DNA of 64,000 nucleotides from Pristiophorus japonicus (taxonomy: Eukaryota). The DNA is taken from NCBI RefSeq assembly GCF_044704955.1, contig NC_091989.1, positions 85,498,001 through 85,562,000 on the forward strand. The letters are read 5' to 3'. The position numbers and the translations under genes are program-made. The notes under the pieces were generated by a model that was given only the letters and a program-made list of their open reading frames with translations, searched no databases and was not told the DNA's origin. Of this stretch, positions 52,344 through 64,000 are shown one piece after another (positions within the stretch are counted from its first letter, which is position 1; each line of letters begins with the position of its first letter).

Positions 52344-52735
52344 GCCTTTTATTGACCTCTGTTGATCCCTGGACTCACGCCTCAGCGACCACGAACTCCC
52401 AATGCCTCTCGCGGCCTTTTATAGGCCTCTGTTGATCCCTGGACTCACGCCTCAGCGACCACGAACCCCCGGTGCCTCTCGCGGCCTTTTATAGGCCTCT
52501 GTTGATCCCTGGACTCACGCCTCAGCGACCACGAACTCCCGCTGCCTCTCGCGGCCTTTTATATGCCTCTGTTGATCCCTGTACTCACGCCTTAGCGACC
52601 ACGAACTCCCGCTGCCTCTCGCGGCCTTTTATAGGCCTCTGCTGATCACTGGACTCACGCCTCAGCGGCCACGAACTCCCGCTGCCTCTCGCGGCCTTTT
52701 ATAGGCCTCTGTTGATCCCTGGACTCACGCCTCAC
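52344..52735 (-). repeat. 70-bp tandem monomer array (about 5.6 copies) at the CR1 5' end
   Basis: gttgatccctggactcacgc recurs at 52361, 52431, 52501, 52571, 52641, 52711. Confidence 0.95.
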
Positions 52736-55700
52736 TGTCCCTTGACTCGCTGCCCAGAGCCATGTGACTACAGCCCCAGCCCTGCGCACATCTGACGTGC
52801 ACACGCTCCGATGCATAGGAGTAAAGGCCTCAGGCTCGGAAGTTCGAGCGGGAGCAGCAACAACAGGTAAGTGTGCATCTTTTTTTCCCTTTTTCACTCG
52901 TTTGCTTATGGGAAGACCTTGATCAAAATTTTAGGCCCAATAAGGAATTTAAGATATACATAAGTTAATACATTCTGTTTAGAAAACCGAAACACGATCT
53001 ACACCTTGGAAAATAAAACATTGAATGTTGCAGAAAAGAAAAGGCATCACGGGATACAGGAGAACAAATCATGGACAATCAGAAAAATAATTGAAATGCT
53101 AACAAAACAATGAGAATTTTTTGTAAGCCTATGAATTCAAAAGTAGTGAAGTTATTTAAACTTGTATGGGATGCTGATCAGGACACAATTGGAGAACTTT
53201 GCACAGTCGTGGTCTCCATACCACAAAAAAAACGGGGAAACACTGGAATAAAAGGCTAAAAATGCACGGACCTGTTCCAGCTACTGGAAAAGCTGGAACA
53301 GGTTGGTACTTTTTTCCTTAGAAAAGGGAAGAATTGGAGGAGACCTGATAGAGGTGTGAAATTATGAATGGTTGGAAGGCTAGATGTGGAGAAAATGTTT
53401 TCACTTGTGGGAGAATCAAAACTAAAGGCCATGAATATGTGATATTTAGTAATAAATCCCATAGGGAAATAAGGAGAGAAGTCTTTACTCAAAGAGTCAT
53501 GAGAATGTACAACTCGCTATCCCAAGAAGTGGTTTATGCATTCAAATATGAGAAAATGAGAGAAAAGATAATCGAATGCTCTGCACAAAGAATGAGCTGA
53601 AGTAGATGGAATGTGGGGGAAGAGCTTTGTCAGGAGAATGTCGACCGGCACAGAACATGCCAAGTGCTTTGCTGGATATTCTAAATAATTACCTGTATAA
53701 AGTTAGGGCTTTTCGCTTCCTTCTCAATGAGTGACAAGCAACTTCCCTGGCACTGAAAATTAAGTTTTACAAGAGTGCAGTCTCGTCCCTTCAGATTGAA
53801 CTTATTGGTTAAAATTTAAATCGTTAACAAATTTAAATATTTAGTTGACATTTAATTCAATGTTCTAACTGACAATTCTTGCAATACACATTGCGTTTCT
53901 CCTGAATGATCCTTCAATCTGACTGATTACCGAGACAGAAACAATTGTTTGAGTTTTTCCACAGGTGCCAGATATTATGTAGATGGCATTATGCTTTTGG
54001 ATCTGCGCTGAGAGCAAAATGTGGTCCATTCTTATGCTGAGCATAGCAAACACTAATGCAAAAGTTCTTCAAAAGTACTTGCAATTTCTGGTTCCATACT
54101 GGCTATGTCACGGATCAATGGCCTGGTTCCAGCATATGTTCAAAATAGCAAGAGGCAAAAATTCTGTTGATCTCCCGCTGTTACTTGGCAAAAAATAGAT
54201 GGAAAACATATGGAATAGTGGTTGATGCTCTTTCAACGTGGTTGCTGCTAATCACGGGACATAAGAACATAAGAAATAAGAGCAGGAGTTTGCCCCTCGA
54301 GCCTTTTCCACCATTCAATAAATTCTGCCTGATCTGATCTTGGTTTCAACTCCTCTTTCGTGCCCGCTCCCCATAACGCCTTGACTCTCCTATCGTTCCA
54401 AAAGCTGACTAGCTCCACGTTCAATACATTCAATGAACCAGCTTCACAGCTCACTAAGGTAAAGAATTCCAAAGATTCACGACCATCTGAGAGAAGTAAT
54501 TGCTCCTTTATCTGCGTTTAAATGTGGAATAGATTATTCAGAAATATTCCCCCGTAGTTGTACTTTCCCACACGAGAGGAAACATCGTCTCTGCATCTAT
54601 CCTGTCATGCATGCTCAGAATCTTACACGTCTCAAAAGGGTCACCTACCATTACTCTAAACTCCAATGAGTAATTGCCCAACCTGCTCAACCTTTCTTCA
54701 AAAGACAAATCCTTCATATCAGGAATCAACTTAGGGAACTTTCTCTGAACTGCTTTCATTACAAGTACAACCCTTCTTAACTAAGGAGAACAAAAGTGTA
54801 AACAATACTCCAGTATGGTCTCACCAACGCCCTGTACAGTTGTAGCAAGATTTTACGACTTGCATACTGCATCCCCCTTGCAATAAATTTCAATATTCCA
54901 TTTGCCTTCCTAATTATTTGCTGTAGATGTATGCTAAACTTTTGTGTTTCATATACACGGATACCCAGATCCCTCTGTACCACAGCATTTTGTAGTCTCT
55001 CTTCATTTAAATCATAATTTACTTTTGTATTCTTCCTCTCAACGTGGATAACCTTACATTTTCTCGCATTATATTCCATTTGCCAAATTTTTGCCCACTC
55101 ACTGAACTGATCTATTCACCTTTACCGATTCTTTGTGTCCTTTTCGCAACTTTGTTCCCCAACTATCTTTGTAATTTCAGCATATTTGACTATATTACAC
55201 TCGGTCACTTCATGCATGTCATTAATATAGATTGTAAATAGTTGAGGTCTCAGCTCTGATCCCTGTGGCACCCCACTAGTTAGAGTTTGCCAAACTGTAA
55301 ATAACCCATTTATCCCGATTCTCTGTTTTTCAATCCTCTATCCATGCTAATATATTACCCGCAACACTGAGCTTTTACCTTGTACAAAAACCTTTTGTGT
55401 GGCACCTTAACAAATGCTTTCTGGAAATGGAAATGCACTACATCATTGGTACCTCTTTATGAAGCCAGCTTGTTTATCCTCAAGGAACTCTGGCAAGTTT
55501 GTCAAACATGATTTCCCTTTCATAAACCATGCTGACTCTGCTTGATTTTATTGTGGTTTTCTAAATGTCCTGCTGCTACATCCGAAAGAATGGACTGCAG
55601 AATGTTCCCAATTTTAGTTGTTAGGTTAACTGGTCTATAGTTTGCAGCTTTTGTCTCGTTCCTTTCTTGAATAGGTGCGTTATATTTGCGGTTGTTCATT

Positions 55701-56894
55701 CCAGTGGGAACTGTCCAGGATCCAGGGAATTTTGGTCGATGCCAACCAATGCATGCACTAACTCTGCACACACTTCTTTTAAGACTCGAGGATGCAGGCC
55801 ATCATGTCCATGGGCCTTATTCACCTTTATTGCCACAAGTTTGTCTAATACATTTTGTCTAGTGAAAGAGATTGATTTAAGTTCACGCTCCCAATAGGCT
55901 ATTCATTATCTATTATTATTGGGATGCTTTTAGTGTATTTTACCATGAAGACCAATACAAAATACTTGTCAAATCTCTGCAGTTTCCCTGTTTCCCATTA
56001 TTAATTTCCAAGTCACATCCTCTCAGAGATCAACTTTTACCTTAGCGACAGTTTTCCTTTGTACATATCTGAAGAAGCCCTTACTGTTTGTTTTTGTTAA
56101 TGTTATGCGTGATTACTCTCATAAATTTTCTTCTTTCTCTTTCTTTTTTTTAGTCGTCCTTTGATGGTCTCTAAGAATTTTCCAAACCTCTGGCCTACCA
56201 TTAAATTTCGCAACAATGTATGCCTTTGGTTTTAATTTGATACCAAAATTAACTTCCTTATATTAAAACTGGTGGTTCCACCTTCTCCTAAAGTCTTTCC
56301 TTCTCACTGGAATATGTATATGCTGAGAGTTATAAAATATTTCCTTAAAAGTCTGCCACTGCTCATCTACCGTCTTATCCATTAAGCTATTTTCCCAGTT
56401 CACTTTAGTCAACTCTGTCTTCATATCATTGTAAATGTCTTGATTTATGTTCAGGGCATCGTTTACGACCCAAGTTTCTCAGCCTCAAACTGAATGAGAG
56501 ATTCTAAAATGCTAAATTCACTTTTCCCTAGGCGATTACTATGAGATCATTAACTAAGCCTATCTCATTACACATTACCAAATCTTAAATAGCCTGTCCC
56601 TGGTTGGTTCCACAATGTATTTATCTGAGAAGACATGTTAAATACATTCTATATCAAATCGTCCTTAGGATAGCTTTTCAAATTGGATTTGTCCAATATA
56701 TCAGAAGATTAAATCACCTATGGGTATTGCCATACCATTCAGACAAGCCTCCAAAATGCTTTGATTTATATTCTGTCCTACAGCTTAACTACTGTTGGAG
56801 CAAGATATAGATTTATCCCACTAGTGATATCTTACTCTTACAATTTCTTAGCTCTACCCAAAATGATTCTACATCTTGATCTTCTGCGCCAAAT

Positions 56895-58810
56895 TAGAAC
56901 ATAAGAACATAAGAAATAGGAACAGTAGTAGGCCATATGACCCCTCGAGCCTGCTCCGTCTTTTAATAATATCATGGCTGATCTGATCATGGACTCAGCT
57001 CCGCCTACCCGCCCGCTCCCCATAACATAGAAACGTAGAAAATAGGTGCAGTAGTAGGCCATTCGGCCCATCGAGCCTTCACCGCCATTCAATGAGTTCA
57101 TAGCTGAACATACAACTTCATTACCCCATTCCTGATTTCTCGCCATACCCCTTGATCCCCCTAATAGTGAAGACTACATCTAACTCCTTTTTTAATATAT
57201 TTAGTGAATTGGCCTCAACAACTTTCTGTGGTAGAGAATTCCACAGGTTCACCACTCTCTGGGTGAAGAAGTTTTTCCTCATCTCGGTCCTAAATGGCTT
57301 ACCCCTTATCCTTAGACTGTGACCCCTGGTTCTGGACTTCCCCAACATTGAGAACATTCTTCCTGCATCTAATCTGTCAAAACCCGTCAGAATTTTAAAC
57401 ATTTCTTTGAGATCCCCTCTCATTCTTCTGAACTCCAGTGAAGGCAAGCCCAGTTGATCCAGTTTTTCTTGATATGTCAGTCCTGCCATCCCGTGAATCA
57501 GTCTGGTGAACCTTCGCTGCACTCCCTTAATAGCAACACTGTCCTTCCTCAAGATAGGAGACCAAAACAGTAGATAATACACCAGGTGTAGCCTCACCAA
57601 GGCCCTGTACAGCTGTAGTAACAACTCCTTGCCCCTGTACTCAAATCCCCTCGCTATGAAGGCCAACATGCCATTTGCTTTCTTAACCACCTGCTGTACC
57701 TGCATGCCAACCTTCAATGACTGATGTACCATGACACCCAAGTCTCGTTGCACCTCGCCTTTTCCTAATCTGCCATCATTCAGATAATAGTCTGTCTCTC
57801 TGTTTTTACCACCTTATCCCCTTATCTTTTAGAAACTGTATATTTCTGTCTTAAATGTATTCAATGTACCAGCTTCCACTGCTTTCTGAGGCAGCAAATT
57901 TCACTGATTTAGAATCCCCTGAGAGAAGAACTGTTTCCTCATCTCTGTTTTAAATGGGCGGCCCCTTATTCTAAGATCACGCCAAGATTTCTAATCTCCC
58001 CCATCACTTGGAACATCCTCTCTGTATCCCCCCTGTCAAGCTCCCTCGTAATCTTATACGTTTCAATAAGATCACCTCTCATACTTCTGAATTCCAATGA
58101 CTGGATCCCAACCTTCTCAACCTTACAAATAAGTCAACACCCTCATCCCAGGAATCAACCTAGTGAACCTTCTCTGAACTGTCTCCAAAGCAAATATATC
58201 ATTTCGTAAATATGGAAATCAAAACTGCATGCAGTATTCCAGATGTGGCCTCATCAATACCTTATATAGCTGTAGCAAGTCTTCCCTGCTTTTATACTTA
58301 TCCCCTTTGCAATAAAGGCCAAGATTCCAATGGCCTTCCTGATCCCTTGCTTTACCTGCACAATTTCCTTTTGGGTTTCATGCACAAGTACCCCCAGTTC
58401 CCGCTGCACTTTGCAATCTTTCTCCATTTAAATATTAACTTGCTCTTTAATTTTTTCTGTCAAAGTGCATGACCTCACACTTTCCAACCTTATACTCCAC
58501 CTGCCAATTTTTTGCCCATTCACTTCGTCAGTCTATGTCCTTTTGCAGATTTTTTGTGTCCTCCTCACACATAGCTTTTCCTCCCATCTTTATATCATCA
58601 GCAAACTTGGCTATGTTACCTCAGTCCCTTCTACCAAGTCATTAATATAGATTGTAAATTGTTGGGATCCCAGCACTGATTGCTGCGCCACTCCACTAGT
58701 TACTGGTTGCCAACCAAAGAATGAACCATTTATCCTGACTCTGTTTTCTGTTAGTTAGACAATCCTCCATCCATTCTAATATATTACCCCCAAACCCGCG
58801 AACTTTTAAT
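56895..58810 (-). mobile_element. CR1 inserted in the previous element, itself split by a younger CR1
   Basis: Tail agaacataagaacataagaa; 3' UTR ...cccataac continues as ttatccccttatc at about 57812. Confidence 0.8.
57025..57811 (-). mobile_element. Young 5'-truncated CR1, same subfamily as the 48157 copy
   Basis: 210-aa ORF nearly identical to the C-terminus of ORF 48254-49075. Confidence 0.92.
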
Positions 58811-60094
58811 TTCTCAATAATGCACTGATCTCATCCTTTATTAACAGAGTTACCCTACCTCATTTTCCTTTCTCTCCATCTCTCCGAAATGGCAAATACC
58901 GCTGAACATTCAGTTCCGAACCTTGGTTAGCTTGCAAGCAGGTCTCTGCAATGGCAATCAGATCATACTCATTTATTTATTTGTGTACCTTCAACTCATC
59001 TATCTTGTTACGACTGCTGCATGCATTCAGACAAAGAGGTTTTAATGTTGTTGTTTTCCCATTTTTCCCTATCTAAGTCTTCTTTCTAGTGCACGATGAT
59101 AAATCCACGCTCTGTCCCTTCCTGTCACATGTGGTTATCATTACCCCTATCGCTACCCTTCATTATTGGCTTCTCCTTTGTCTTTCAATTTTTAAATTCC
59201 CCGTCACATGAATCCTCCTCCCCTACTATATAGTTAAAAAGCCTAGCTACAGCCCTAGTTATTCGATTTGCCAGCACACTGGTGGGAGCATGGTTCAAGT
59301 GAACCCAGTAAATTGGAACAGCACTGTCTTTCCCCAGTACTGGTGCCAGTGTTCTATGAATCAAAATCCATTTCTCCCACATCAATCGTTGAGCTACGCA
59401 TTCAGCTCTCTGATCTTATTTACACTCTGCCCAATTATTCGTGGTTCACGTAGTAATACAGACATCATTACTTCCGTGGCTCTATTTTAAAATTTAGTCC
59501 CTAGCTGCTCCTAGACCCTCAGCAGAACCTCATGTCCTACCTATGTCGTTGGTACCTGCGGGGTGCACGACAACTGGATCTTTCTCCTCCCACTCCAACT
59601 TCTTCCCCAGCCCAGTGGATATGTTATGGCGGGAAATATGGGAAACTTGAGAAATATTTTATTGCACAAAATATTTCACTGCACAAAACATACAGCAATC
59701 TGGATGCAAGCATAGCGATAACTGTCTCCCAATAAATAAAGACATACAGGCTGAGCGAACGGGACATAAATCTCAGTTCACCAGATATTTAATACCAAGT
59801 TACGTCGGTTTGCAAATTGTGCAAGAGATCCAAGATATTTTATCGGATTCATAACGTAATTACAATGTAAATGATTACTGATACAAAAGCAAGTTGCCTC
59901 ACAGTGGAACAACAATTATTATGTAAATTAATTCTCAAATTATATTATTGTTAGTAATTCTCATGCTGATTTCATTCTTGATTGAAAACTCTCCCTGTAG
60001 ACATTTGCGTGTGCTACTATCAAAGTTATACCCATGTACGTTTCGATCGAGTACCAGCAGCTTGTACCTCTGTTAGAAAATTCAATGTTACATA

Positions 60095-60590
60095 GAATTT
60101 ACAGCTGAGAAGCACAGCTTTGGCAGATCCGCCCGTGTTGATGCTCCACCCGAATCTCGTGCCGCTCTATTAACTTCATCACATTCTCGACAGCTGCTTC
60201 TATTCCTTTGTTCCTCATATATCTATATAGATACCGTTTTGATGGATCTGTACTCTTCAGCTCAACCATCCCTGAGATAGCGAGTTCGACATTTTCACCA
60301 ATCTCTGACAAAAATACATTTCATGTGAATTGGTTATTGGATTAATCAGTCAGTCTTATATTAATGACCCATTGGTCTGGACTCACCACCACGATAAACT
60401 TCTGATCCATGCCTACCCTAACCAAATTCTTCATAATTTTAAGGCACCTACAAGTACACCTCTGATTCTTGTATTTTCCGGAGAAAAGAACCCCAGCCAC
60501 ATAATTTTTGTTGATAGTTATACCTTTCAATTCTAGAATTATTCATGCAAATATTTTTTGCACTGTCTCTAGTCCCTCTATATCCTATCA
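60095..60590 (-). mobile_element. Old CR1 3' fragment
   Basis: catagaatttacagc tail; decayed RT C-terminal region. Confidence 0.55.
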
Positions 60591-61532
60591 AGGCTCTCTC
60601 TCACACCAAGAGTTTTTCTTCAACTTCAGATCTTTCTCTTCGCCTGCCATATATTTTCTCTAAGCTGTAGCCAGTGGAATTTGTAAGTTCTTCAAAAGCT
60701 TCAAACTTTTAAATTTTGATGTTTTCAAATTTGCGGCAAACACGATTTCCTAAAAGAATTGATGGCGTTTTATATTCTCTTTTGCTTCCTGTGGCCTCGA
60801 CTCCATCTCCTGGTAGGATTCTCCAAGGCGCTTTGTTTGTCTCTGGCTCTTCGACTGGCTTCAGTCTCAAATTACCATGATTCTTTTCTAACTGTAGTAA
60901 TCCCAGCTGCTGGTGATCCTGCCGACCCAATGCCATCAGGTTTCCTGTCAGTTTTACTGGTTCCAGCAATATTATTCCCGCGGACTGTGCCTCCCTTCCT
61001 ATAAATGATTGAACTATTTAGACCAGGTCCAGAACAAGTCAGGTGCCCCAAAGCTCAGATCAATATACAGGTAAAGCGTGCTATAATTGGATCTATATTT
61101 CTTATTAGCGGAAAATATCAAAACTGCGACTTGTCTGCTGTATATTGTGCTGAGGTGGGTCCAAGCAATTGCACGGCACAGCTGGATTCGGTCAGGTAGA
61201 AGGCTTTCACTTGCAATATCCAACATTAGACTTTGAACCAAACACACAGAAAAAATGAACACCCAAATCAATGAAAGGGGCATTGGGGACGTGCCTGTGA
61301 TAAATACCAATAATCAAGCCTAATCTCATCAAAATGTAGTTTATTATATTTATAAAAACTTTTCAGTTCCGATACTCCAAAGTGAAATGAACTTCATAAA
61401 AATAGAGTTTAAATAAATGGATGACCTTAATTAATACTGTTGCAGTACCGAAATTTCAGTCTTTTTTGTGTTTTGACTATATGGTAACTCCTAAATTGCA
61501 CAGCTTCTAAGTTACATTTATTAATCTTACAG

Positions 61533-61646
61533 GAATTGACATTAAAAGCAAAAACTTAATTACAGTTGCATGTATAGTCAGTGGACTCATATGTCTAGTG
61601 CTGGGGATCATGATTGGAAAACTATGCCATTTACGGAATCACATAG
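61533..61646 (+). CDS. IgSF receptor gene, transmembrane exon (G-IDIKSKN-LITVACIVSGLICLVLGIMIG-KLCHLRNHI)
   Basis: Acceptor ttaatcttacag, donor AG|gtaagg, 114 nt, phase 1/1, in frame with the C1 exon. 21-aa hydrophobic helix followed by basic residues. Absent from the ORF track. Confidence 0.85.
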
Positions 61647-62138
61647 GTAAGGAATGGCTTCACTTTTTAGGAATAACAAGCTCAATAAAAATATAAGGGC
61701 TCGTCAGTAGGTCAAGAGACGCGGCCTTACTTTTACAATCAGTAATGGTAATGTTTTAGTGGGACTAGAAGGGATGTCTGATAACTTGAATAGAGAAATC
61801 CTGTTTCCGTCACGAATACAAGATACATGTTTGTATGTTTAAGCAGCTGAGATGAATGTTTATTTAAAATTGACTTAGAATTCTGTTACAACATTTTATG
61901 CTTTCTTTTAGTAGAGGTACAATTCAGGGTCTGTGATTTTGAGCAGCTAGTTATAGAAATGCTTGCATGAATTATCATACAGGATAATTAAGATGCATTG
62001 AGATATATGTTGAAGTGCCATCACAAAATATTGACAGATATTAGGCTAAGTCGACTTCGTATGTATGTCTATTTGCTCACTTGCTCCGTAAACACGAAAC
62101 TCAATTTATTTCTGCACTTTTTATTTTGCTGAACACAG

Positions 62139-62176
62139 AGACAATTCAAGATGGATCTCATAATTGTGAAGAGCTG
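62139..62176 (+). CDS. IgSF receptor gene, cytoplasmic exon (E-TIQDGSHNCEEL)
   Basis: Pyrimidine tract ...ttttgctgaacacag, donor CTG|gtatgt, phase 1->0, in frame with the TM exon. Confidence 0.65.
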
Positions 62177-63517
62177 GTATGTTCACAAATTTTACCCCTT
62201 GTTTGTAACATAAAGCGACGGTATTATTTTAAAATAAACATTCGTCTATGTTAGGTCAATGTTAAGTAAATGTATAGAGCTTAATATTTGATGTTGTATA
62301 TATGTTCAATCTGATGCACTACGTGAGATTTACAAGATGAAAGCAAACTACCGTAGTCTCCTTTATCTTTATCCTTGTAAAGTACCAGAGATGTTTTAAC
62401 TGGAAACCGAACCAACTCTGTCCTGATTTCATGAAATCCGAGCTAGAAAAAAATTCACACGTCACAACAGTTCCACAATTTTCGCTTCGGACACTTTACT
62501 CTCACTGTGGTAAAATTGCAAGCCATTCTTATTAGTGTTAACTTGCTTATGTTACTACTTTACCGCATATTTCACATGGATTGAGATTTACTATGCCATC
62601 AGAGGCCATGCAAAATCTGGGCTAATACACAATTTAAGCTCATGTACAGCAAACGAAATAAAGAGAGGGAAAGATTTATGAGATTAAGAGAATAATGAAA
62701 AAGACACAAACGAAAAGCAAAATAATAAATTAATGTTTTTTTAAAAATCACCAACTTTTGTAAAATTACATCTTTAGTGCCGGAGAGATTGTATTGAAGA
62801 AACGAAAAGTTATCACACCGTTAAAAATTCACATATACCTGAATTCACAAGCCCTAACTGCTTCTATCATGTATAGTGGGCAACTGGTGGGGAAGTACTG
62901 AAACTTAGCATCTTTACATATAATTCAATGCCGAGTCGATCGGCAATGTATGGGTGTCAGGAAGCTTGTGGAGCTGCAGGGCAAATCGGAAAGCAATTTC
63001 ATGATTTCTTGGTTTATTGTGCATGTGCGGAGGCCAGACGTTGCTGTCCAATTGACTTCGTAACAATGGTGAGCACGGATAGCCTCACTATTATTTTAAC
63101 GCAAAAGTCCAGCTAACATTACACGATAGGACGTGGAATAGAAAGAGCTGAGAAAAAATTATTGCACAGTTTTGCTGCTAATCTCCAAATCCCATGCTAA
63201 TGTCGACTAAAAATCGACAGGGATACTGAAGAAAAGTCATCAATGTGCATTCGTTTTTTTTGCCATGTATCCCTTTAATCAGGGTTCTACCATTCTTCGG
63301 CCGAATAATTGCTATCGAATTTAGAGATGATTTACTCGTTGAACTTGGATGATACCAGAAAATGAGGTCTGCTTTTTTATCCCTGAGTGTCTTTCTGTTT
63401 CGGATGGAGACAGATGAGGCTTTGGGATTGTTGTTGATGATTTTTTTGAAAACTTCCACGTAAAATGTTGTAGCAATGACGTAAGAAAAACAATAACTAA
63501 AATAAATTCATTTACAG

Positions 63518-63533
63518 CGAAGAAGGACGGACG
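63518..63533 (+). CDS. IgSF receptor gene, probable 16-nt cytoplasmic microexon (RRRTD)
   Basis: Acceptor ttcatttacag, consensus donor G|gtaagt, phase 0->1, open after exon 62139-62176. Confidence 0.45.
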
Positions 63534-63611
63534 GTAAGTTCGAGTAGTAGCGCCTTGAATTTAGAAATAAAATTGAATTTGGTCAAATTTACAGCTGACA
63601 CCAAACTCGCA

Positions 63612-63985
63612 AGGGAGGGAGCGAAAGGTAGGGGAGAGAGATTTAGGGGGAGGTAGAGGGATGGGAGGGAAGGGGAGAGGGCGGGATGGGAGTGAGAGGA
63701 AGGGCGAGAGGGGGTGGAGAGTGAGCGAGAGGGAGGAGAATGACAGTAGGGGAGGAAGAAGGAGAGGAGGGACGGGGAGGGAGCGCAGATGAGTGAGAGG
63801 GAGGGGACGGATAGGGAGGGGCGAGGGAGAGGAGGGATGGGAGAGAGGTGAAGGAGAGGAACGGACTGAGAGGGAGGCAGATGGAATGGAGGGAGAGGGA
63901 GGGTATGGAGGGGAGGTGAGGGGAGGTAGAAGGAGAGGATGGTGGGGGAGGGACCAGAGAAGAGGGAGAGGGAGGGAGAGTGACA
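63612..63985. repeat. GA-rich low-complexity tract
   Basis: Direct reading. Confidence 0.9.
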
Positions 63986-64000
63986 TTTGGCGAGACAGCA

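Larger units (their letters stand above)
48157..52735 (-). mobile_element. Near full-length young CR1 LINE (5' UTR monomers, ORF1, ORF2, tail) in intron 3
   Basis: Open ORF1, ORF2 in four long pieces, 3' tail agaaacatagatacatagaaa. Confidence 0.96.
47611..52938. mobile_element. Putative PIF/Harbinger-type non-autonomous element, split by the full-length CR1
   Basis: Imperfect TIR ggcactgacatt / aattttaggccc and 3-bp TSD AAT (47608-10 / 52939-41). Own sequence about 47611-48156 and 52736-52938. Confidence 0.45.
41900..53680 (+). mobile_element. Ancient CR1 fragmented by later insertions (pieces about 41900-42835, 44340-45410, 46320-46510, 47270-47610, 52940-53680)
   Basis: Pieces follow ORF1 -> endonuclease (IVGITES, LDLVMGNEP) -> RT (PDSMQP, KLADDSKL) -> 3' end order. 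Heavily decayed. Confidence 0.55.
54255..59620 (-). mobile_element. Long older CR1 (3' end to ORF1), interrupted at about 56895-58810
   Basis: Tail acataagaacataagaa at 54259; RT NYRPVNLT; endonuclease resumes at about 58815; ORF1 GTNDIG remnant at about 59540. Confidence 0.82.

Noticed and set aside
52344-52735. CRISPR-like regular array
   Set aside because: Units are contiguous 70-bp repeats without unique spacers, at a CR1 5' end, in eukaryotic DNA with no cas genes.
60709-61310. Short ORFs upstream of the TM exon
   Set aside because: No motifs and no phase-compatible splice sites identified.
62373-62512. Alternative terminal cytoplasmic exon (YQRCFNWKP...LW*)
   Set aside because: In frame, but the acceptor is weak, it runs into a MITE-like repeat and has no recognisable motif; the 63518 microexon has better splice signals.
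63561-63986. 141-aa Pro/Ser/Leu ORF
   Set aside because: Translation of a GA-rich simple tract.

Overview
Eukaryotic, repeat-dense genomic DNA, very probably from a cartilaginous fish (shark). This is inferred from the repeat set: CR1 LINEs with (TTCTATGT/TCTTATGT)n tails, Penelope-like elements, L2, Mag-type Ty3/Gypsy and shark-type SINEs. Most of the window is decayed, often nested retroelements. The only well-supported host gene is a + strand multi-exon immunoglobulin-superfamily receptor, assembled by hand from GT-AG junctions with consistent phases. Its exons are leader (35286-35340), germline-joined VJ-type V domain (35663-35980), C1-set domain (39030-39341), transmembrane after a 22 kb TE-filled intron (61533-61646) and short cytoplasmic exons (62139-62176, probably 63518-63533); the gene runs off the right end. 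It is a non-rearranging, antigen-receptor-like VJ-C1-TM protein with an unusually short V domain and an uncharged TM. A possible 3' end of a neighbouring tyrosine-motif receptor gene lies at about 1.1-1.4 kb. No prokaryotic features, rRNA/tRNA genes or CRISPR arrays were seen. Repeat boundaries are approximate unless TSD/LTR ends are quoted.
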